From IMG/VR virus record IMGVR_UViG_3300044825_001821, positions 32,001-96,000 of that record: a stretch of 64,000 nt of DNA, one strand, 5' to 3'. The notes beneath the pieces are model-generated. The model was not told the origin of the DNA. It searched no databases and worked only from the letters and a program-made list of their open reading frames with translations. The DNA is from a virus. The position numbers and the translations under genes were made by a program. This document shows positions 34,320 to 43,869 of the stretch, piece by piece; position 1 is the first letter of the stretch; the number at the start of each line of letters is the position of its first letter.

Positions 34320-36917
34320 TGCGTATTGACGATTGAGTAATGCTGCTAAAACTTTTTCGTTAGTTTCTTGTATGTTGGATGGAGTTGAAGTTTTGTTTTC
34401 AACTTTATTTGCAATAATCGTTGAAGAGAAGTTTAAGAAAGAGCCACCTTTGTTTGTTTCATCTTCTAAGTTTCTCATTGCCGTTCTCATTTCTTCCGAC
34501 ATCAATCCTAGCTTACCACCTGTCATTTGATCAAGTGCAGCCATGCCTTTGGTTAGATCAGCAAACATACTACCAGCAATAGTTTGTTTCTCTTCTTTTT
34601 CTTGCTCTGCTACTCTGACATCATTAGCATTTGCCGCTGGCATTGTAAATGGTGTACCCTCTGCTGGCGCAGCATCTTTTGCCATAGCAGTCAAAGGCAT
34701 ATTTGGGTATAACCCTCTATATTTGTCTGCCGCTTCTTTTGATTTAAATTGAACATGAATGTGTGGTCCAGTTGCCTTTGATGAAGGATTGTTCAGTTCA
34801 TCTATAACTGAAAAATCAGCGGCAGTTAAACCTTTTTCTTTTAGATGATTTCTTACCGCTTCTGCTGCTCTAGCATATTCTGCTGAACCACCATTAACTG
34901 TGAAGTCAATAGCAAGACCTGCCGCATGTTTTGAACCGGGTGAAACTCTATTGTGAAAAGCATCATCAAAGGCAGTAAACTTATTAAAACCAGGAACAAG
35001 ACTCATTAAGTTTTGTGCCAAAATATCTGTTCCAGCTTCGTGTTGTTTTGCTGAAACATCACCTTGTTTCATTTTTGCTTGAACCGCTGCCGTTGCTTCA
35101 TAAGAATATCCAGCCATTGTTCTTTCTGGTGTGGTGCTTTCAGGACCAGCCATTTCTCTTTGTTTTGCTAAAACTTGAGATGCAGAAGATGGCGCTGGTG
35201 TTGATGGTGCCGAAGCTTCTGGTGATTTTGAAACAGCACTTGGTGCTGGTGCTGGTGCGGCAGTTGGTGTTGGTGATGGAGGTTCCTGTACTGTACCTCC
35301 TGTCTCTTGTTTTTCGGCAGCATCAATATCTGTTTGAAGGTCTTTTATTAAACCACCATCTTCATTTTCACCATCAGAAGAAACAAACAATAAATGATAA
35401 AGACTGTAAATGTCATATGCTGCCAAGCCCAACAACAAAGCATTAACAACCAAACTAAATCCTGCTGTTGCTGGTGCTGCTGCAAATGATGCTGCTTGTG
35501 CAGTAATAAATGCTGATAGTCTAGCGGCGGCTGCTGTACCAAATCTTTTGGTAAATGCAGTCATCACTTTGGTTTTTATTTTCGAATTCGTGGCCATTGC
35601 ACGAACTGTTCTTGCCACCTTTTCAGCATATGTTTTGATGTAATTTTTTGCTGACTCAAATCCTTTTTCCATTGAAACTAGAATGTTTTTTGCTTTACTT
35701 GATAACTTGTTCCATGTTTCGCCAGCAGAACTTTTTGCTCTTTGCCACCAACTTTTGGATTTTGGTGCTTCTTCTGAAGCCTCTCTTGCTGCTTTTATTT
35801 GATCTAAACGAGCGTTTCTAGAAGCCTTTCTATCTTGCATTTTTTCTTGTGTGCTACCAGGTCTTGTACGTTTGTCTGTTTTATCGGGAACATCAGGAAC
35901 GTCTGGTGTTACTGGTCCACAATCACAAGCACCTGGTTTACTAAAGTTTGCTGCACCAATTGCGGCACCCAATCTAATCATTTGAACTTTAAATGACATC
36001 ATGGCAACATAAAGTATAGCAGCTTCACCTATGAACTTTAAAATTTCTTCTGATATCTTTGCTTTTGTTCCATCTCTTGCAGTGTAGTCTAAATCCCATG
36101 CATTTCTAATTAATTGCATTAGGTTTACACCAATCGATCTTAGAGCATCAGAAAATCTTTGATCTTGTGTTAATGCGGCAAAAGAACTTGCAAGAATCGA
36201 TAATACGGGAACAATAACATCAATAATTTTTGTTACGAATTGTACCACACCATCTTTAATAGTATTGGTATTTTGTGAGAAAATTTCTGTCACAATTGAT
36301 GCAAGAGAACTTACCGAATCAAAAATTGCAGAAAAAACATTTTTGACGGTTCTTAAAATTGTGGCTACAATTTCACCATCACTGATTAATGTTTTAAATA
36401 TCTCAAAACTCTTCATCAAAGCATTACCAATGAAAGTAAATATTGATGATATTGTTTTATAAAAGGCTGCTTTTACTTCACTGTCTTGAAATAAAGATTT
36501 GACTAGTGTAATCGCAGATTTTGCTAAATCAATCAAGGCAGAAAATATCATGGCAATAAACTTACCAAGATATTGTCCTGCATCACTACTGAAGATTAAT
36601 TTGGCTATTCCAGCAACACCAAGAACCAAAAATAAACTACCTAAAACTCCAGCAATGTTTTTTAACATTGAAAAGAGGCCTGAGGTGTGATCGGCTATAG
36701 ACTTCTTTCTAGGGTCTATTTTTTCTAGCGTTACCTTAGCAAATTTTTGTCTGTAGGTAAGTTGTCTTTGTCTTGAAAATTCAGAGGTACGAATCGCACC
36801 TTCTTGTTTTTTAAGATGAACAAGTTTTACAAAACCAATTTTTATTGCCTCAAAGTCTTTTGCTATGACGGGCAATATTGATTTTAGGTCGCCTTTATTT
36901 GCTGCAATCGGTGTCAT
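34317..36917 (-). CDS. tape-measure/hub-like protein with M15-like peptidase domain
   Basis: amphipathic helical repeats; SKH..GLAIDF...GPHIHVQF Zn motif. Confidence 0.7.
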   Translation of the reverse strand: MTPIAANKGDLKSILPVIAKDFEAIKIGFVKLVHLKKQEGAIRTSEFSRQRQLTYRQKFAKVTLEKIDPRKKSIADHTSGLFSMLKNIAGVLGSLFLVLGVAGIAKLIFSSDAGQYLGKFIAMIFSALIDLAKSAITLVKSLFQDSEVKAAFYKTISSIFTFIGNALMKSFEIFKTLISDGEIVATILRTVKNVFSAIFDSVSSLASIVTEIFSQNTNTIKDGVVQFVTKIIDVIVPVLSILASSFAALTQDQRFSDALRSIGVNLMQLIRNAWDLDYTARDGTKAKISEEILKFIGEAAILYVAMMSFKVQMIRLGAAIGAANFSKPGACDCGPVTPDVPDVPDKTDKRTRPGSTQEKMQDRKASRNARLDQIKAAREASEEAPKSKSWWQRAKSSAGETWNKLSSKAKNILVSMEKGFESAKNYIKTYAEKVARTVRAMATNSKIKTKVMTAFTKRFGTAAAARLSAFITAQAASFAAAPATAGFSLVVNALLLGLAAYDIYSLYHLLFVSSDGENEDGGLIKDLQTDIDAAEKQETGGTVQEPPSPTPTAAPAPAPSAVSKSPEASAPSTPAPSSASQVLAKQREMAGPESTTPERTMAGYSYEATAAVQAKMKQGDVSAKQHEAGTDILAQNLMSLVPGFNKFTAFDDAFHNRVSPGSKHAAGLAIDFTVNGGSAEYARAAEAVRNHLKEKGLTAADFSVIDELNNPSSKATGPHIHVQFKSKEAADKYRGLYPNMPLTAMAKDAAPAEGTPFTMPAANANDVRVAEQEKEEKQTIAGSMFADLTKGMAALDQMTGGKLGLMSEEMRTAMRNLEDETNKGGSFLNFSSTIIANKVENKTSTPSNIQETNEKVLAALLNRQYA

Positions 36918-36918
36918 C

Positions 36919-39123
36919 TTATGCTATTGAAAGTTTGCTGAGAAGAGTTTCATCAAAGATTCCAGGGATTGGACCTGAAAAACCTGTTGAACTATCTGCT
37001 GTAATGTTTGTAGAACCGTCAACAATATCTTCATTGCCAAATAGATTTCTAGTTCTCAATGCCTTTGCTAAATCTCCTGATGCAACACCAAGTTTGCCTC
37101 CAGTCATTTCATCTAACTGTTTCATAAAGTTACCAGAAGAGCCAGTAGTCATAAGTGCTGCTAATGTATCACCAAATGTTTTTGGTGGTTCTGGTGGTGC
37201 GTTGGCTGCCGTTTGTGAAGGTCCAGTGGGAGATGGTGAAGATGCTGTTGATCCACCTGGTACAGGAGATGGTGCGGCAGCTAATTGAGTCGGAACGTCT
37301 GACCCCGCACCCGCAAATAAAGTGGCTTCTTTTAATCTTCTAGTATCTAATCCTGCAAGATATTTTCCACCAGAAGTTTTATAACCTTTTTCATAAATGA
37401 TTTTTGATGCTGCTTCCATATCATTTTTCAAAATGGCTTCTCTCAGACCATTTTTCACAAGGTGATTAATTATTCCAGCACCACCATTATATGCCAAAGA
37501 TGTTAAGGCATTCTTTTGATCTTGATTTAATTTTATCCAAGCATCAGAACCTAATCCTTTTGATGCGATTGCTTCATATTTTGGTATGTCTGAATTTAGA
37601 AGTGCTTTTGCTTCTTCTTTCGTAATCGTCGTGTCTTTTCCACCAGGACCTTTTATTTCAATTCTTTTTCCGTTACCTAAATTAATATAACCTTGTTTTA
37701 TTTCTGCTTCAGTTATCAGATGACCAAACCCAACAGAATATTGATTTTTTGTATTATTAGGAGGATCGAGATATGCTTTACCAGCAAAACCTTCCATTGA
37801 GGATATAAAGTCTGCTGATGATTTTCCTGTAAATGTTTTTGCTGTAGAAACTGCTGAAGCTTTTTGTTCTGATGAAGCAGGACCTTCAGCAAATGTTCTT
37901 GATGGAGTTGTGTTTTTTCTTTCTTCTTCTCTTCTCTTTGCTTCCTTTGATGCATCAGAAAATTGTGTTGCTGCTGTGTAACCACCATAACCCATTGCAG
38001 CAACACCTGCAACATTTGTTGCTGTTCCAAGCCCACTGAGAAGTTTTTTTCCTAAAGATTTTTTACCTCCAGTGCCTGCGGCACCTCCAGTGCCACCTCC
38101 ACCACCTCCTGATGGTAAACCTAAAGAACCTCCAACACTTTTTGCTACGATTGCTGCTGTCAATCCTGCCATTACACCTTCAAGTAATATAAATCCTGCA
38201 CCAAGTGCTATGGCAGCCATTTTCAGATTTACTGGCTGTCCAGCAATAGAACCTATAGGTTCATTTAATATCGTATTAAAGAAATCTAATACCGATCTAT
38301 AAATTTTTGCTACGGCATCACGGAAGTTGGGGTCTTGTATAAGTACATCAACAAACTTTACTGCACCTGCTATACCTTCTGCAATTTTAACGAAGATTGT
38401 AACGATACCGTTTTTGATAGACTCTTGATTTTCACTTAGTGCTTTACCTGCTATGTCAATGGCTGACATTAAACCAGTAAATAAAGTTCCAATTACGGCT
38501 ACAATTATTTTGCCGATACTCTCTTTGTTCTCAGGATCAGTTATGATGTTTTTAAATACATCGGCTGCTTTTGAAATGCCGTCGGCGATGAATGTGAAAA
38601 CTTTTTTGAGAAGATTGGTAATTGAATTGATGACTTCGTTATCTTTTAATAGATCACCCAAAAAGCTTACGCCTTTTTGTATGATGTCAGAAACCGCAAG
38701 TATGAATTTTCTAAAGAAATCTTTTAAGCCATCCATTACACCAGGCAGGCTTAAAAGTTTTGAAGCACCCATGGCAATAAGACCGAGCAGTGCAAACTTA
38801 AAGATGTTAGAAAGTCCATCTTTTATGATGTCCATAAAAGATTTCTTCTCAGTCGTTACGACTTTTTTATCTTCTTTAGTGGGTTTTACTTTTTTGTATC
38901 TTGAGGCATAATCTTCAGTTCTACGTCTTTGTCTTTCAAAATATTGAGTTTTTTTATCTGCCTCTTGAACTTTGACTAAAGACATCAAACTTGATTTGAT
39001 GATGTTCAAATTTTGAGCGATATTAGGCAGGTATTTTTTCAATACCGCCGAATCAGTTTTCATTGAACTATGTGATGTTCTACCTTTAGTCCACCAAGCA
39101 ATATCGTCGTCTTTTTCTGCCAT
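36919..39123 (-). CDS. tape-measure/hub-like protein with GH24 lysozyme domain
   Basis: amphipathic repeats; EGF...AYLD....YSVGFGH, LNQ.Q..AL.S..YN.G, GL..RR..E..LF. Confidence 0.75.
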   Translation of the reverse strand: MAEKDDDIAWWTKGRTSHSSMKTDSAVLKKYLPNIAQNLNIIKSSLMSLVKVQEADKKTQYFERQRRRTEDYASRYKKVKPTKEDKKVVTTEKKSFMDIIKDGLSNIFKFALLGLIAMGASKLLSLPGVMDGLKDFFRKFILAVSDIIQKGVSFLGDLLKDNEVINSITNLLKKVFTFIADGISKAADVFKNIITDPENKESIGKIIVAVIGTLFTGLMSAIDIAGKALSENQESIKNGIVTIFVKIAEGIAGAVKFVDVLIQDPNFRDAVAKIYRSVLDFFNTILNEPIGSIAGQPVNLKMAAIALGAGFILLEGVMAGLTAAIVAKSVGGSLGLPSGGGGGGTGGAAGTGGKKSLGKKLLSGLGTATNVAGVAAMGYGGYTAATQFSDASKEAKRREEERKNTTPSRTFAEGPASSEQKASAVSTAKTFTGKSSADFISSMEGFAGKAYLDPPNNTKNQYSVGFGHLITEAEIKQGYINLGNGKRIEIKGPGGKDTTITKEEAKALLNSDIPKYEAIASKGLGSDAWIKLNQDQKNALTSLAYNGGAGIINHLVKNGLREAILKNDMEAASKIIYEKGYKTSGGKYLAGLDTRRLKEATLFAGAGSDVPTQLAAAPSPVPGGSTASSPSPTGPSQTAANAPPEPPKTFGDTLAALMTTGSSGNFMKQLDEMTGGKLGVASGDLAKALRTRNLFGNEDIVDGSTNITADSSTGFSGPIPGIFDETLLSKLSIA

Positions 39124-39266
39124 TAAGTTTTTCCTGCTTTTCGTTTTTCTTCTTTTATTCTTTCTGTTTCTTCATCAAGAAACTTCAACAACAAGTCAAC
39201 GTAGACTTGTCTTTCCCAAGGCAATAAATTATCCAATTCAGTCAAACTATATTTGTGATGCTGCAT
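39123..39266 (-). CDS. gp51: gp51-like baseplate hub assembly protein (frame open upstream to 39329)
   Basis: Read manually: NFALMQHHKYSLTELDNLLPWERQVYV. Confidence 0.8.
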   Translation of the reverse strand: MQHHKYSLTELDNLLPWERQVYVDLLLKFLDEETERIKEEKRKAGKT

Positions 39267-39316
39267 CAACGCAAAGTTAGTTTGAAAATAATTACCTAAT
39301 GTCTCATGACTAAATG

Positions 39317-40039
39317 CTATCCGAAAAAACTTTGAATTCCTTCTAATGGTAAAGTTTCATGATAGCCACATTTATTACATTCAAACTCAACATCTTTTCT
39401 AATCTTGGGTAGAGTGTTAAAGAATTCAGAAACCTTTTCTAAATCTGATTGTTTCAGGTTTTCAATAAAGTCAACCAATTCTTTCTGTGATGTATCTTTT
39501 GCATAATAGATTTGTTCATCATCATAAATGTAATCAATACAAGACACGATTACATTTAAAATTTGATCCATATCTTCAGCATTTATATCAGCCAAGTTTA
39601 CTGAACCAAATGTTGGATACTTCATTACGATGCCAACTTTATCTGTAATTTGTATTTTATTTTTGTGCTCGTTATTCAGTTCAGGTTTGATGTCTAGCAC
39701 ATTTACATCAATTTGAACAGCGTTGCCGCACTTCTTTTCTTCATCTATATTGTTGTTGCAGGTAAATCTCAAGTTTACAACTTCACCAACCGATCTTGCT
39801 CTGAGTTGAAGAAACACATATTCAATATCAAACGTGGCCATTTTGTCCACATCAATATCATCAAGTATACAGTTTCTTAAAACTTGTTTGATCGTATTAA
39901 TTGTTTCTTTTTGATCGTCCGACTCACTTGCCATAAGAAACAATTTTTGTTCTTTGACTAGAAAAGGTCTAAAGCGAATCAACTCACCATTTGAAATCAA
40001 ATGAGTTTCATAAATTGGAACATCTATTTTAGGTAACAT
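39317..40039 (-). CDS. gp26: baseplate hub subunit/chaperone gp26
   Basis: LPKI..P.Y, RPFLVKEQK, LRARSVGE, LEGIQSFF. Confidence 0.9.
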   Translation of the reverse strand: MLPKIDVPIYETHLISNGELIRFRPFLVKEQKLFLMASESDDQKETINTIKQVLRNCILDDIDVDKMATFDIEYVFLQLRARSVGEVVNLRFTCNNNIDEEKKCGNAVQIDVNVLDIKPELNNEHKNKIQITDKVGIVMKYPTFGSVNLADINAEDMDQILNVIVSCIDYIYDDEQIYYAKDTSQKELVDFIENLKQSDLEKVSEFFNTLPKIRKDVEFECNKCGYHETLPLEGIQSFFG

Positions 40040-40057
40040 AATATCCTCATTAAAAAA

Positions 40058-40789
40058 TTAAAATGCTCTGAACAATGCTGACCCACCACCAAGTGCCAAA
40101 TTAGAAATTGATTCACCAACATCAACTGTGCTATCAACAAGTGGCACATATTTTTGATAGGCGAACTGAACACTCAGTCTGTGAAAGTTATCATCACCCC
40201 AACTTAGTTGTTGTGCTGCAATGCTAATTGGAAATGCATCAATCATTTTCACACCAAATATTTGTGTGACATCATCATTATATTGTTTGACAGTTATCTC
40301 AGTCATGTATTTTGTATTTTCACCTTTAGGGTAACGTAAATTATTTGTGTCGGTTGGCATGATAGCTTCTAACCAACGCTCAAATAACTTACGCTCATAG
40401 AAATCGTTTGTACAAATAAATGTCAACGTTGTTTCTGCGTACTGTACTTGATATGGAACTTTAAAAACAGGACCATAAATTTTCACATCTTCGGTGACTA
40501 AATTTTTTCCAGGTAATTCAGCAGACTCACATTGTAGTGACAAGTATCTTGATATTGTTGGATTTGATCCTTTATTGTCACCTTCGTTTGTGCCTAATGC
40601 ATTATTGATTGCATCTGTCACATCCGACATAATTGAATTTGGTATATTAAGCACTTTTTCTATCAAAGAGTTCTTTACAAACTGAGCCACATAAGCGGGA
40701 ATAGGAAGAATCACTTGATATCTTGATGGTCTTGCTAAACCGCCTTTTGCGTTTACATTTGATATAAAAGATTGTGGTGAAAATGCCAT
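40058..40789 (-). CDS. tail tube initiator gp54-like (gp19 fold)
   Basis: GGLARP.RY.V, CE.AELPG, FERW, AFPI, L.V.F.Y. Confidence 0.75.
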   Translation of the reverse strand: MAFSPQSFISNVNAKGGLARPSRYQVILPIPAYVAQFVKNSLIEKVLNIPNSIMSDVTDAINNALGTNEGDNKGSNPTISRYLSLQCESAELPGKNLVTEDVKIYGPVFKVPYQVQYAETTLTFICTNDFYERKLFERWLEAIMPTDTNNLRYPKGENTKYMTEITVKQYNDDVTQIFGVKMIDAFPISIAAQQLSWGDDNFHRLSVQFAYQKYVPLVDSTVDVGESISNLALGGGSALFRAF

Positions 40790-41370
40790 TAAAATTTGTC
40801 CTCTGAGTCTGACCAGACTTTGCTGGCGCTTGCTTTTGCAAATGATTCTACCGGTAACATGACGGCAATATCCCATTCATCTGCTGTAATCTCAAGAAAA
40901 CGAGACTGCACGTGACTTGACAAGTATCGTTTGATACATGGTGTAGCCTCATAAATTTTAGATGCTCGTTTCAAAAAATCATAACTGATTCTAAATCTAG
41001 TACCTTCATCATAACGATGATCAGTTAAAATGGTACTCAATTTGTCTAGAAGAATGATTCGTCGCTTTGGGTGAATGTAATGTAGATTCAACCCTAAAAA
41101 CCCGTCTGAGTATCGTTCTATTGGAATAACCAATGGGAACCTGTCGTAATATGGCAACGAATCTTTCGTCTTTGGATCATAATAATAAAAGTACATACGA
41201 CCTATGATAGACTGATTCTTTAATCGTTCCCTGTCACGCATCAGTTCCCCTTTTGTGGGTCTGAGTGCCGGAACTTTGGATTTTAGCCACGTTCTTGCTT
41301 CACGTGAACGTGGAGCATATCCTGACTTAGTAAGGGATTCCTTAATTCTATCGATGAGTCGTTTCGCCAT
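40789..41370 (-). CDS. gp2: DNA end protector gp2
   Basis: YDPKTK..LPYYD.FPL, GLNLHY, PCIKRYL..HV.S. Confidence 0.9.
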   Translation of the reverse strand: MAKRLIDRIKESLTKSGYAPRSREARTWLKSKVPALRPTKGELMRDRERLKNQSIIGRMYFYYYDPKTKDSLPYYDRFPLVIPIERYSDGFLGLNLHYIHPKRRIILLDKLSTILTDHRYDEGTRFRISYDFLKRASKIYEATPCIKRYLSSHVQSRFLEITADEWDIAVMLPVESFAKASASKVWSDSEDKF

Positions 41371-41377
41371 CTTATAT

Positions 41378-41812
41378 TTATCTGATGCCTAGATGTCTTT
41401 CAGTTAAAATCTGAAACTGCCAACCATGATCTTTACAGAACTCTTCGGCAGCATACCATTTGGCTTTATTAATTTCGTAAGTGATTACTTCTTGTAGAAA
41501 CGATTTTGTTTTACGTTTTTGTGTGGGTGGTTGAGTTTGTTTTTCTGGTTTAACTTCTATAATATAAGTCATTACCGTACCATCTGCTTTACGCATCTTA
41601 GCAATAAAGTCTGGAAAGTATCGATGTCTTTTTTTATCAACTGGACTGATATAAGGTATAGGAAGTTCTTCCGAACCCCACCAAATGACGTTCGGATTCT
41701 CATCTAAATAATTCATTACCTTTATTTCCCACGTAGACCTATAGATGATGTTATTTGCATCACCCTTGTATTTCTGCGGGTTTTTCGGTCTAAATCTTCC
41801 TTTATTTGACAT
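41378..41812 (-). CDS. gp4: head completion protein gp4
   Basis: PKNP.KYKGD, YRS.WE, HRYFPDF, IEVKP, N.AKW. Confidence 0.92.
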   Translation of the reverse strand: MSNKGRFRPKNPQKYKGDANNIIYRSTWEIKVMNYLDENPNVIWWGSEELPIPYISPVDKKRHRYFPDFIAKMRKADGTVMTYIIEVKPEKQTQPPTQKRKTKSFLQEVITYEINKAKWYAAEEFCKDHGWQFQILTERHLGIR

Positions 41813-41817
41813 AAATA
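41810..41817 (+). promoter_or_regulatory. late promoter for baseplate operon
   Basis: CATAAATA, one mismatch from TATAAATA, 29 nt before gp48 ATG. Confidence 0.6.
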
Positions 41818-41845
41818 CTATCTAGTCAATCTAACAGGAAACCTC

Positions 41846-43201
41846 ATGGCATTCTTCGGTCTAACAGACATCAAATTTAATCAAATTGATCCTAGAGCAT
41901 TTGGACCGCTTGCTGCTCTAGAAGGCTCACCATTCGAAAAAACTACACTCAAATATCCTCTTGACATTGGTAGTCCTGACAAAGGCCACTACATGGTTTT
42001 CTTTGTAAGAGAACAAAAAAATACATCGTATGGTTCCGAAACAAGAGGTGGAAGAACTTTTGCAAAAGAAGAAGAAAAAGCAATATACGATGCTCTGAAT
42101 AGATCGACACAATTTTTAGGTGGTGGTGTTGGTGCGGGCAAACAAACTTTTGCTGACACGATCAATGAAAAACTAACCAACTTAGTTTCAAAAGGCACTT
42201 CTTCTGTAATACAAAAATTCGGAAGTGGTAGCACTGCTGGTAAAGTATCTGGAGTAATTGATAGTTTTATAAAAGGTCCTCAAGCATCAAGTCAGCTAAG
42301 AGATGAAAGAGGAACTATTGAAACTTCAATCAAAGCAATTACTGACAAGAATGCATCAACTGCTGCTGGTGCCGAGTTCTTAGTAAGAACTAGATTAACA
42401 AATGAAGCAATTGCTTTGTATATGCCAGATACGTTGAACTTTGATTCGACTGCAAATTATACAGACATAAAGCCTGGTGAAGAACTTTTGGGGCAAGCAA
42501 TGGTTGCTGCTCCTAATCTAGTTGCCGCTGTAAAGGCAGGCGATACTAAAGGTATTTTGAACGCTGCTGCCAAGTCTGGTTTGGGTTCAATGATAGCACA
42601 ACAGTTAGCACAAAAGGCTGGCGTTGGTGCTGGAGTTTCACGTTTGGGTGCTTATTTTGCCACTGGTGGTGTAACAAATCCAATGATTGAACTCATGTAT
42701 ACAGCACCAGACTTTCGTTCATTTCAGTTTGAATTTATGTTCTATCCAAGAAGTGAAAGAGAAGCACTTGAAGTACAAAGAATAATTGATCGTTTTCGTT
42801 TTCATCAAGCACCAGAATTGATGGGTGGCTTAACAGCACAAACTGGCCTGTTAATACCCCCATCAGAATTTGATATAAAATTCTTTTATGCTGGCAGACA
42901 AAACCCAAACTTACCTCCAATTGCAACTTGCGTTTTAAAATCTGTGCAAGTCAACTTTGCCCCACGTGGTTTCTCTGCTTATGAAACTGTTGGTGAAAAT
43001 AGTGCGGCTTTAGGTAGAACTGGTATGCCTGTTGCTATTCAAATGACACTTTCATTCCAAGAAACAACTTACATTACAAAAGAAGATTTCAGTCCACAAC
43101 AACTTGGCAATCCATACAAAACAGATTCAATTCGTTCTCAAGCAATGTACGCTGCTGGTGGCACTGGTGGTTTCGGTTTTGGACAAAATAAAATTAGTTA
43201 A
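41846..43201 (+). CDS. gp48: baseplate tail-tube cap gp48
   Basis: L.YP.D, IALYMP, NP..E..Y....FR.F.F.F...PRS..E, L.FQE. Confidence 0.85.
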   Translation: MAFFGLTDIKFNQIDPRAFGPLAALEGSPFEKTTLKYPLDIGSPDKGHYMVFFVREQKNTSYGSETRGGRTFAKEEEKAIYDALNRSTQFLGGGVGAGKQTFADTINEKLTNLVSKGTSSVIQKFGSGSTAGKVSGVIDSFIKGPQASSQLRDERGTIETSIKAITDKNASTAAGAEFLVRTRLTNEAIALYMPDTLNFDSTANYTDIKPGEELLGQAMVAAPNLVAAVKAGDTKGILNAAAKSGLGSMIAQQLAQKAGVGAGVSRLGAYFATGGVTNPMIELMYTAPDFRSFQFEFMFYPRSEREALEVQRIIDRFRFHQAPELMGGLTAQTGLLIPPSEFDIKFFYAGRQNPNLPPIATCVLKSVQVNFAPRGFSAYETVGENSAALGRTGMPVAIQMTLSFQETTYITKEDFSPQQLGNPYKTDSIRSQAMYAAGGTGGFGFGQNKIS

Positions 43202-43203
43202 AA

Positions 43204-43869
43204 ATGGCAAATTATTTTAATAACTTTCCTTTGACGTTTTATACGTTAGATGATAGAGGTACCAATCTTGATACCGTAACAAATATCATTTCACGTTTTA
43301 AATTTCAGTCTGCGTTAGAAGAAAACGCCGCCTCTTTCTATCGATATGATGTCAAAGATTCTGACACACCAGAATCAATAGCAACAAAGTATTATAATGA
43401 TCCAGAAAAACATTGGATTGTTTTGATGTTTAATAACATCATTGACCCACAGTATGATTGGCCTTTGAATTATTCTAACTTTATAAAATACGTGAATGAG
43501 AAATATTCGGCAAATGGTGCGGCAAATACAACTGTTCAATCTGGAATTACTTGGGCACAAAGTCCAAATAATGTGCATTCATACTACAAGATAACAACGA
43601 GGGCTTCTACTGTTTTGGGTCCTGATAACAGAACTATTTCTGAGAAAATTAGAATTACCGCAGATGTATATGCAAATGTATCTACTGGTAATACAGTTTA
43701 CACGTTAAGTGATGGTAAAAAAATAAGAGAAACTATCACAAAAGAAAAACTAACTTACTATGAATATGAAATGCAAGAAAATGAAAATAAAAGGTCTATA
43801 AAACTCTTGAAGCCACAGTTCGTTGCGGCCGTAATGGAAGAATTTAGACAATTAGTGAATCCGTCATGA
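43204..43869 (+). CDS. gp53: baseplate wedge gp53
   Basis: YF..FP, LysM-like DTPESIA..YY.D...HWIVL..N.I.DP..DWP, NE.KR.IKLL. Confidence 0.9.
   Translation: MANYFNNFPLTFYTLDDRGTNLDTVTNIISRFKFQSALEENAASFYRYDVKDSDTPESIATKYYNDPEKHWIVLMFNNIIDPQYDWPLNYSNFIKYVNEKYSANGAANTTVQSGITWAQSPNNVHSYYKITTRASTVLGPDNRTISEKIRITADVYANVSTGNTVYTLSDGKKIRETITKEKLTYYEYEMQENENKRSIKLLKPQFVAAVMEEFRQLVNPS

Noticed and set aside
34333-38911. Plus-strand ORFs opposite the tape-measure-like genes
   Set aside because: Antisense shadows of long minus-strand CDSs.
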